From IMG/VR virus record IMGVR_UViG_3300020469_000009: a stretch of 64,000 nucleotides of DNA; one strand, given 5' to 3'. The position numbers and the translations under genes were made by a program. The DNA comes from a virus. Below, one piece after another: positions 19,261 to 26,442 of this stretch; position 1 is the stretch's first letter, and the number at the start of each line of letters is the position of its first letter. The notes under the pieces are model-generated. The model was not told the DNA's origin. It saw only the letters and a list, made by a program, of their open reading frames with translations, and did not search any database.

Positions 19261-19988
19261 AAAAGATGTTAATTACAGGTGCTTCATCTGGTATAGGTGC
19301 AGCTTTTGTAGACCATTACAAAGATAAGTTTGAACTTATTACAACTGCAAGAACCGAGAAAGAATGGATTACTGACCCAGGCGATATAACTGACAAAGAA
19401 TTTAGAGCTGAATTAATTAAAAAACATAATCCTCATGTAGTGATTAATAATGCTGGTGGATTTAGAGAAACATTTGATGAGACATACCACTTAAATACTG
19501 TATCTGCAGGTGAAATCTTTGAAGGATTTTATGATAAGATGCTACCATATACTCATATATTTAATGTAATATCTTACGGTATTAGAATGTATGGCTGGCA
19601 AGATATGAGTAGAGAACGTTCTTATTACTATTCAAGTAAAAAAGCTTTATATGAGTTTGTCAATAATGTAAATATGTCTAAACATAGACCAGTACATGTA
19701 TGTAATTTAATACCGGGTGTTGTAAAAACTGATGCTGTAGATGCTGATATTTTAAGAAAAACTCAAATCAATAAAGGTATAGTAGAAGAAAATACTTTAG
19801 AGTACTATCTCAAAGAGAATTATCATAAAGGTAGAACACCATTCCATGCTTTCTTTCCTATTGCTAAAGAAGATTTACCAATTATATCAGAATTCATAAT
19901 GACACTTCCAGATTACATAAATATAGATGATATTGTAATAGGAATGTTTAATAAACAAACATTTCCTGGTAAACCAACAACACAATGA
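19257..19988 (+). CDS. Short-chain dehydrogenase/reductase
   Basis: LITGASSGIG, INNAG, YxxxK (YYSSK), PGVVKT. Confidence 0.9.
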   Translation: MKKMLITGASSGIGAAFVDHYKDKFELITTARTEKEWITDPGDITDKEFRAELIKKHNPHVVINNAGGFRETFDETYHLNTVSAGEIFEGFYDKMLPYTHIFNVISYGIRMYGWQDMSRERSYYYSSKKALYEFVNNVNMSKHRPVHVCNLIPGVVKTDAVDADILRKTQINKGIVEENTLEYYLKENYHKGRTPFHAFFPIAKEDLPIISEFIMTLPDYINIDDIVIGMFNKQTFPGKPTTQ

Positions 19989-19995
19989 GGAGTGT

Positions 19996-20679
19996 ATGCA
20001 AACAGGCGATTTTAATAAAGCCGCTGAATTATTAGAAACTACAGCTAATTTTGATATTATAAAGATTAAAGCTGGCCTTGATATTCAAATGTATCAAGAA
20101 ATTCTAAAAGAAGTAGAAGCTAAATTTCCTTTTTATAAAAAAGATAATCAAGAAACTTATGAAGGTTTAGCCTTGCAGTATTTTGATGAAGATAATCCTT
20201 ATTCTGACGGTGTAAATCAAGCTTCAGGTTCTGATAAGTATAGTAGTTATAAAGATGTTGGTTATGAAAAATACTTAAAAACTGGTGAAGGACATTTTGA
20301 TGATTGGCAATATGATAGAAGTAAACTAAACGATGCTGGTAAATTGTTTCAGCCATTTTTTGATTTATGTAAAGAAAAGTTTCCTGAATTACATTTGTAT
20401 AGAGCAAGATTATTAAAAACACATCCTAGACATTTTTGTTTAGACCATGTTGATGAACCAAAGTCATTACGAATACACCTACCTATTGTATCTAATAAGT
20501 GGGCAATAATGTATTTTTTAGATAGACCATATTATTTAAAAGCTGATGGTAGTGTTTACTTATGCAATACTGGTCATAAATTCCATTCATTCTATAATTT
20601 TTCTTCAGGTTTATTTAGAACTCACATTGTTGTAAATGCTAAATTAAAATCAGATATGGGTCAATATGTGGTGGGCTAA
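19996..20679 (+). CDS. Asp/Asn beta-hydroxylase-like Fe(II)/2OG oxygenase
   Basis: RARLL...HVD...RIHLPIVSN...ADGSVY..NT...HSFYN...RTHIV. Confidence 0.8.
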   Translation: MQTGDFNKAAELLETTANFDIIKIKAGLDIQMYQEILKEVEAKFPFYKKDNQETYEGLALQYFDEDNPYSDGVNQASGSDKYSSYKDVGYEKYLKTGEGHFDDWQYDRSKLNDAGKLFQPFFDLCKEKFPELHLYRARLLKTHPRHFCLDHVDEPKSLRIHLPIVSNKWAIMYFLDRPYYLKADGSVYLCNTGHKFHSFYNFSSGLFRTHIVVNAKLKSDMGQYVVG

Positions 20680-21430
20680 ATTAGATTTTACAGTTAATGT
20701 TGATGCAATGGTAAAGCAGCTGGAAGTTGCTAAAGCTATGTATAAGGCAATATATGATGACCACGGTTATGGACCACAATTTGGTGGATTGTCTATTTTG
20801 TCAGACAATGGTGACCCTCTTAGAGGAATGATATCAGGAAAACAAGCATGGGAAGAAGGAAAAATTAATTTTGAATTGGCAATAAAAAAAGGTATCAATT
20901 TTGAATATAACTATGATAAGAAAACTAAGTTATGTATAGGAGAAACTGAAAGAGTAATTGATTTACTAGATGATATGGGTATGACTCCAAGAAGAGCAAG
21001 ATATACTGTGCTTAAACCTGGTGGAAAGAGTTCTATACATAATGATTCAAAAAGCGGTGAATATGCTTGTAGGATTCACATACCTTTAATTACAAATAAA
21101 AAATGTACACACTCTTTATTTTTAGAAGATGGTACAAAGATAGATGAAAAACATTTTCCTGCTGATGGCAGTGTTTACATTATGCAAGTAAATAATGTTC
21201 ACCAAATTATAAATCCTACTGAAAAAGAAAGATGGCATTTTCTGTGTAGTTGTTATGATTCTACAGGATATAGTCCATTTAAAATATCTAACAATGAGTT
21301 AAACACTGTAAAGGTAAAGGCAGAAGCTTTTAAGAATGGTGTAAAATGGACGGAAGGTGGTGGTAAATTATTTGAAGATATTACTCATACTTCTCAAGTT
21401 CATCAGCCAGACCAGGAAAGTAATACTTAG
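20666..21430 (+). CDS. Asp/Asn beta-hydroxylase-like Fe(II)/2OG oxygenase
   Basis: RARYTVLKPGG...HND...RIHIPLITN...ADGSVY...HQIIN...ERWHF. Confidence 0.8.
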   Translation: MWWAKLDFTVNVDAMVKQLEVAKAMYKAIYDDHGYGPQFGGLSILSDNGDPLRGMISGKQAWEEGKINFELAIKKGINFEYNYDKKTKLCIGETERVIDLLDDMGMTPRRARYTVLKPGGKSSIHNDSKSGEYACRIHIPLITNKKCTHSLFLEDGTKIDEKHFPADGSVYIMQVNNVHQIINPTEKERWHFLCSCYDSTGYSPFKISNNELNTVKVKAEAFKNGVKWTEGGGKLFEDITHTSQVHQPDQESNT

Positions 21431-21800
21431 TTCCAACTTTAGCTTGCAGTTCTACAAACTCATCATATGTCATTTCACTAATTGTATGTTCTACAGTACC
21501 ACCGCCAGAATCAGGTATTGATTGTAAGATAGGTTGAATTGTATTTAACATTTCAGTAGCTGAAGATTCATCTTTCATAACACGATAAGTGTTCATTTGA
21601 AACTCACCATTTTTTCTATCTTTTTCATCTAATAATCTGATAAAGAAAAGCATTTTGTTTTGTTCAACATAACCACCTTGTGATTCTAGTAATGCTGATA
21701 ACTGATCTCTAGACATATGTGAATATATGTATAAACCAAACTCGGCTTCTAAGACTGTTTCGTCACTTGGAACTGATAGTGTAGTTTTTAATGCATGCAT
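21381..21800 (-). CDS. Hypothetical protein (139 aa), late-expressed
   Basis: ORF with a perfect TATAAATA 4 nt upstream. Confidence 0.7.
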   Translation of the reverse strand: MHALKTTLSVPSDETVLEAEFGLYIYSHMSRDQLSALLESQGGYVEQNKMLFFIRLLDEKDRKNGEFQMNTYRVMKDESSATEMLNTIQPILQSIPDSGGGTVEHTISEMTYDEFVELQAKVGTKYYFPGLADELEKYE

Positions 21801-21804
21801 ACAT

Positions 21805-21812
21805 TATTTATA
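21805..21812 (-). promoter_or_regulatory. Late promoter TATAAATA
   Basis: 4 nt upstream of ATG 21800. Confidence 0.8.
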
Positions 21813-21959
21813 TCATGATTGAAGATACCAGATAACTGCAACTGCTAGAGTTGGTGGAATAATAGCAATGCAAGAAGGTATTAAAACCATATATAACATT
21901 GGATTTTTTAACATCCAATCCATATCATCTTCATGTGTCTTTTTTATTGCCTTTTTCAT
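21813..21959 (-). CDS. Small single-TM protein (48 aa)
   Basis: Manual translation MKKAIKKTHEDDMDWMLKNPMLYMVLIPSCIAIIPPTLAVAVIWYLQS*; fills the intergenic gap. Confidence 0.5.
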   Translation of the reverse strand: MKKAIKKTHEDDMDWMLKNPMLYMVLIPSCIAIIPPTLAVAVIWYLQS

Positions 21960-21982
21960 AGTATAATTATACCAAGCTTCAA

Positions 21983-21990
21983 AATAAATA
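21983..21990 (+). promoter_or_regulatory. Late promoter AATAAATA upstream of the glycosyltransferase operon
   Basis: Followed by AAGG and ATG 22008. Confidence 0.65.
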
Positions 21991-22007
21991 GATTATAAGG
22001 TTATAAT

Positions 22008-22688
22008 ATGTTTCCAGCGAAAATAAATTTTGTGTGTTTGAAATATGGCACAAAATATTCATCACAATATGTAAATACACTCTATAGTATGCTTTCGAGG
22101 CATGTTAGTATTCCATTTGAATTACATTGTATGACTGAAGACCCAACCGATATAATACCTGAAATAAAAATTGTTGAGCTTCCAGACCTAGGTTTAGATA
22201 AATGGTGGTGGAAAATGTTAATGTTTAAAGAAGATTTTTTTGAAGATGGTATGTTTTTAGACTTAGATATTATAATCAAAAACGATATTACTCATTTATA
22301 TGCGCCTACTAACTACATGAGAATACTTTATACAAACTGGATAGACTTAGGTGAACAAAAAAAGTGGACAATTGGTGATAACTATAAGTATTGTGAATTA
22401 AATTCATCAGTGATGTGTTGGGATAAAGATACTAAAAGACAGTTTATATGGGATGACTTTATAGAAAATAGAGATAAGATTTTATTTTTATATAGAGGAA
22501 TAGATAATTATTTAGAAAATAGACAAAAAAGAAATATAAGAGTATATCCAAACGATCAAACATTTTGTTATTCATATTGGAATTGCGATAAAGATTATAG
22601 GCCAGAATCTAGTATAATTCTATTTGACTACAATGAAAAAAAGCAACATCAAATTAGAAAAAAGTGGGTAAAAGAACTATGGGTCTAA
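22008..22688 (+). CDS. Glycosyltransferase (GT-A fold, DxD)
   Basis: CLKYGTKYSSQYVNTL, WWWKM, FLDLDIII, LNSSVMCW. Confidence 0.85.
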   Translation: MFPAKINFVCLKYGTKYSSQYVNTLYSMLSRHVSIPFELHCMTEDPTDIIPEIKIVELPDLGLDKWWWKMLMFKEDFFEDGMFLDLDIIIKNDITHLYAPTNYMRILYTNWIDLGEQKKWTIGDNYKYCELNSSVMCWDKDTKRQFIWDDFIENRDKILFLYRGIDNYLENRQKRNIRVYPNDQTFCYSYWNCDKDYRPESSIILFDYNEKKQHQIRKKWVKELWV

Positions 22689-23326
22689 TGCAACAAACAA
22701 AAATGATGGAACTTTTTCCTATTCCTGTATGGGAATGGAGCAGACAATTAGCTGAAATATCTCAAGACTACCCACATCGTACAGAAGACTTTGCTAAATC
22801 ATATTCTAGAAATCAATTTATAGCTAAAACTTGGATGCTAGAAGTTTTAAAAGTATATGTTGATATTGACAGAAGTACTAAATGGTGGATTATGGGTTCA
22901 TGGTATGGTTCAATTACAGTACCACTTATACGAAGTACATTCAAACCAAAAGATAAAATACACTTAGTAGATTTTGATAATGAAGCTTTAGATATAGCAA
23001 AAAAACTACATGGTGATTATGCAATTTCAACACATCATATAGATGTAAACTGGGAGATGAAACGTCTTTCAAAGTTGAAAGCAGACATTTGGATTAATAC
23101 TAGTTGTGAACATATGTACCCTTTAACAGAAGAGTTTAATCCAAATGGTCTGTGTGTTTTTCAATCTACTAATTTTGCTAAAGACCCATCACACATTAAT
23201 TGTTGTAAAAATTTAGATGAGTTTATTGAACAATGCAATTTTAAAGAAATACTTTATTCAGGAGAAAAACCATTCCATGATTGGGATGATATTCACAAAA
23301 GATTTATGGTAATAGGATATAAATGA
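22664..23326 (+). CDS. SAM-dependent methyltransferase-like protein
   Basis: IMGSWYG (motif I), LVDFD, INTSCEHM, KRFMVIG; a family often found next to phage GTs. Confidence 0.7.
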   Translation: MGKRTMGLMQQTKMMELFPIPVWEWSRQLAEISQDYPHRTEDFAKSYSRNQFIAKTWMLEVLKVYVDIDRSTKWWIMGSWYGSITVPLIRSTFKPKDKIHLVDFDNEALDIAKKLHGDYAISTHHIDVNWEMKRLSKLKADIWINTSCEHMYPLTEEFNPNGLCVFQSTNFAKDPSHINCCKNLDEFIEQCNFKEILYSGEKPFHDWDDIHKRFMVIGYK

Positions 23327-24105
23327 TAAATGTATTTACTGTAAGGTGGGGAACTAAATATAGTATAGATTATGTAAATCGTTTGTACAATATGGTGAAA
23401 AGAAATTTAAGAGCTGATTTTAAATTTTACTGCCAAACTGATGATACAAATGGTATGGACACTAATATAGTTGCATTACCTTTTTTAGATGAATTACCAA
23501 ACTCAACACCAGAAAAAATGTATGCATCTGAAGAATTTATAACTGGATTACCAAGACTTTGGGATAGACCTAAACTAAATTATTGGAAACCAAATGGGTG
23601 GGGAATTACTGGACAAAAAATGTATTTTGATTTAGACTTAGTAATTCAAAATAGTTTATTGCCTATCATTAAATTGCATAAAGACAAACCCTTAATAGGT
23701 AGGTCTTGGTGGCATAATATGAATGATGAAAAAAAACCTTTTTGGCTTAAAAATTACGGTGCCAGATGTAATGGTGGTATGATGATGTGGAATGATGAAC
23801 AAGGTAAACCATTATGGCGTGATTTAAAAAAGAATGCTGAAAAGATTTATTTTATATGCACTGGTGGTTCTGATAATTGGATTACATATAGACACTTTGA
23901 TAAATTTGATAAGATACCACCTAAATATTATTACTCTTTTAATAGAGGATGTGAATGGCCACATGATACAGATATGCATAGACATAGAAAGAATAAAATA
24001 GTATGTGTTTTTAATACTGATGAATATGGTAGAAACAAACACTTTCAATTAGAACTACATCAAGCAGAAAGGAATTACAAATGGGTACAAGAGTACTGGC
24101 AGTAA
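23323..24105 (+). CDS. Glycosyltransferase (GT-A fold, DxD)
   Basis: VRWGTKYSIDYVNRLYNMV, YFDLDLVI, CNGGMMMW. Confidence 0.85.
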   Translation: MINVFTVRWGTKYSIDYVNRLYNMVKRNLRADFKFYCQTDDTNGMDTNIVALPFLDELPNSTPEKMYASEEFITGLPRLWDRPKLNYWKPNGWGITGQKMYFDLDLVIQNSLLPIIKLHKDKPLIGRSWWHNMNDEKKPFWLKNYGARCNGGMMMWNDEQGKPLWRDLKKNAEKIYFICTGGSDNWITYRHFDKFDKIPPKYYYSFNRGCEWPHDTDMHRHRKNKIVCVFNTDEYGRNKHFQLELHQAERNYKWVQEYWQ

Positions 24106-24749
24106 GAATTGGAGACAAATATGGACCTGAATATGAAGATTATTTAAGGTCTAAAATACCTAATATAGATTTTGTAAGAGTATCAGATTGCAGATTTAAA
24201 CTACAATGGAATAAAGTAGCATTTATGTCATTGCCAACAGAAGACCCAGTTGTTGTAATTGATATTGATATTTTACTTATGAATGACTATATGGAATTGA
24301 TAGATTATCCTATTCAGAAAGGTCAGTTTCTAGGATTGAAGGCGTGGTGGAAAGATACTGCTCATCCTGACTATAGTCTAAATGGGGCTTTTTACAAGTA
24401 TTATCCCAAAGACTGTAAATATATTTACAAGAAATTATGCTCTGATCCTGAGTACTGGATGAACCACTACATTGGACGCGGCATAACACATGGTCCAGTG
24501 AATGGTGAACAATATTTTGTAGAGGATTCAGTAAAAGAACAGTTAGAACTAATATATGTGCCATCATCTTGGTTTGGTAAAATGATTTTAAATCCAGGAA
24601 GTGAATGGCTAAATGATTGTAATGACGCGTATCCTGGTGATTATTTTTATGATAATAAAGATGAAGTGTTTAATCCTTCTGTGAAGCTTGTGCATTTTCA
24701 AAAGACACGTTCGCTTCATGAATTATGGAAAACAACTCCACAGGAGTAG
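24081..24749 (+). CDS. Glycosyltransferase (GT-A fold, DxD)
   Basis: RIGDKYGPEY, QWNKV, VIDIDILL, LNGAFYK, NGEQYF, KLVHF. Confidence 0.82.
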   Translation: MGTRVLAVRIGDKYGPEYEDYLRSKIPNIDFVRVSDCRFKLQWNKVAFMSLPTEDPVVVIDIDILLMNDYMELIDYPIQKGQFLGLKAWWKDTAHPDYSLNGAFYKYYPKDCKYIYKKLCSDPEYWMNHYIGRGITHGPVNGEQYFVEDSVKEQLELIYVPSSWFGKMILNPGSEWLNDCNDAYPGDYFYDNKDEVFNPSVKLVHFQKTRSLHELWKTTPQE

Positions 24750-25425
24750 ATGCTTTTCTTATTCTTGATTTAATATCTTTACTAGCATCTCTTACGGCCG
24801 GAATGTCGAATACTTCGATTTTCATTCTAAATAAATCTTCTTGACTGTAGTTTTTGGCCATGTGTTCTACAGATATAGTTGGTACTTCAACAGGTACCTC
24901 TTCTACTTTTTCAATTACTTTTTCTATAACTTCTTTTTCAGATTCAATATTACTACGTAGCTCATGTTCTATCTGAGCTCTTATTTCATCTTCATCAATT
25001 TGACTATTAAGAATACCGCCAGAGTCTTTCCAGTCTTTAAACTGTTGATATTCTTCTAAAGCTGCTTCTTCAGCTTGCCAAAAAACCTTTGTATCTTCAT
25101 CAATATCATCTATTGTGTATTGCTGTAATATTTTTGAAAAGAATGTACCAGGACCAGAAGCATTGGCTGCATGATTTTCTACTCTACCCCAACCTTCACT
25201 ATCAAAGTATTTAGCTTGTACTAAAGTTCTTTCTTCATCTAGCCATCTTACATTTTCAATTGTAAGTTTACCATCAATTAATTCTCTTCTTTGACCTTGG
25301 TTGTGTAATACAGCTCCACGTTTGACCTGCATCTTTTCACGAGTTGTTTCGTTTCCTTCACGGTCATACATCTGTATATCTGCCGATGTAAATTCTGGTT
25401 TATCTGTTATGTAATCGTCTGACAT
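24670..25425 (-). CDS. Hypothetical late protein (possible fibre assembly chaperone)
   Basis: Late promoter 4 nt upstream; lies downstream of the fibre genes. Confidence 0.55.
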   Translation of the reverse strand: MSDDYITDKPEFTSADIQMYDREGNETTREKMQVKRGAVLHNQGQRRELIDGKLTIENVRWLDEERTLVQAKYFDSEGWGRVENHAANASGPGTFFSKILQQYTIDDIDEDTKVFWQAEEAALEEYQQFKDWKDSGGILNSQIDEDEIRAQIEHELRSNIESEKEVIEKVIEKVEEVPVEVPTISVEHMAKNYSQEDLFRMKIEVFDIPAVRDASKDIKSRIRKASTPVELFSIIHEANVSFENAQASQKD

Positions 25426-25438
25426 ATATTATTTATTC

Positions 25439-26434
25439 CTACGCCGGATTAGCAAGCGAGAGATAATAAGTCGCTTGTGCCGTTGCTGAACCTGACGGTG
25501 TTGAAGTTGATGTATAAGTTGGGTCACTAAAAGATTGTGTTTGGTTATCAGTTGTCTGTCTAGTATCAGTGAAAGAACCTCTATTTGAACTACCACTTGG
25601 AGCGGAAGTCACCACTGAATATTGTAATTTAGATGCTGCTACTTTATTAATAAGTGCAGGAATACATGCTTGGTCTATAAAACTTGTGGCTTGGTATGAA
25701 CCAGTTTCATCAATTGATGCTATTTCTTTTACTACTGTACCATTCCACATTACAGGTTTTATATCACTACCAGGAACTGAACCTAATGCTGTTTTTATCC
25801 AAAGTTTATGAGTTGTTGTACCAGCTGAATATGTAGTATCACTATGCCAAGTACCACAGTCTACCCAAGTACCACTTCCACCATTTGTTGGAGCATTTGT
25901 ACCTATTCTATATGAACCTACTTCATCACCTGAATACATATCTACTAAACATTGAGAAATAATTTCGTCAAAATAATCATCATTATATCCAGATGCTGTT
26001 CTAAGTGTAGCAGGTGATACAAATTTTAAGTATGAATATTGGTCATTAGCAGAAAATGATGTACCTAAAGTAGATGCTGACCTATTTTGATGATATGCAT
26101 AAGTTGCAACAGTGCTTGTACCTAAACCTGGAAATGAAGGATAGTCATCACCACCAGAGTTATTTCTTGCTTGTGTATTTGCTTGTTGAGTAGAAGCTGT
26201 ATCTGTGGCTGAACCAATAGATGTCCAACCAGAAACTGAACCAACATTTAAAGCTCCTGCAGGACCTGTACCAGCAGATGTTTGTCCGTTTGCAGCATTT
26301 ACACCAGAAGATGTATGATAATATTGTAGGAAAGATGCATAACGTTTTCGGATATTATATTGTAAACGATCCAACTCGCCGTCGGTCATTTGTTTCAAGC
26401 CTGAAGTTCCGTTTACTTTTAATGGTCTTGCCAT
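25439..26434 (-). CDS. Virion structural / tail-fibre-associated protein (S/T/G-rich)
   Basis: Composition and position after the fibre gene; N-terminus MARPLKVNGTSGLKQMT. Confidence 0.6.
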   Translation of the reverse strand: MARPLKVNGTSGLKQMTDGELDRLQYNIRKRYASFLQYYHTSSGVNAANGQTSAGTGPAGALNVGSVSGWTSIGSATDTASTQQANTQARNNSGGDDYPSFPGLGTSTVATYAYHQNRSASTLGTSFSANDQYSYLKFVSPATLRTASGYNDDYFDEIISQCLVDMYSGDEVGSYRIGTNAPTNGGSGTWVDCGTWHSDTTYSAGTTTHKLWIKTALGSVPGSDIKPVMWNGTVVKEIASIDETGSYQATSFIDQACIPALINKVAASKLQYSVVTSAPSGSSNRGSFTDTRQTTDNQTQSFSDPTYTSTSTPSGSATAQATYYLSLANPA

Positions 26435-26442
26435 AATTTATC

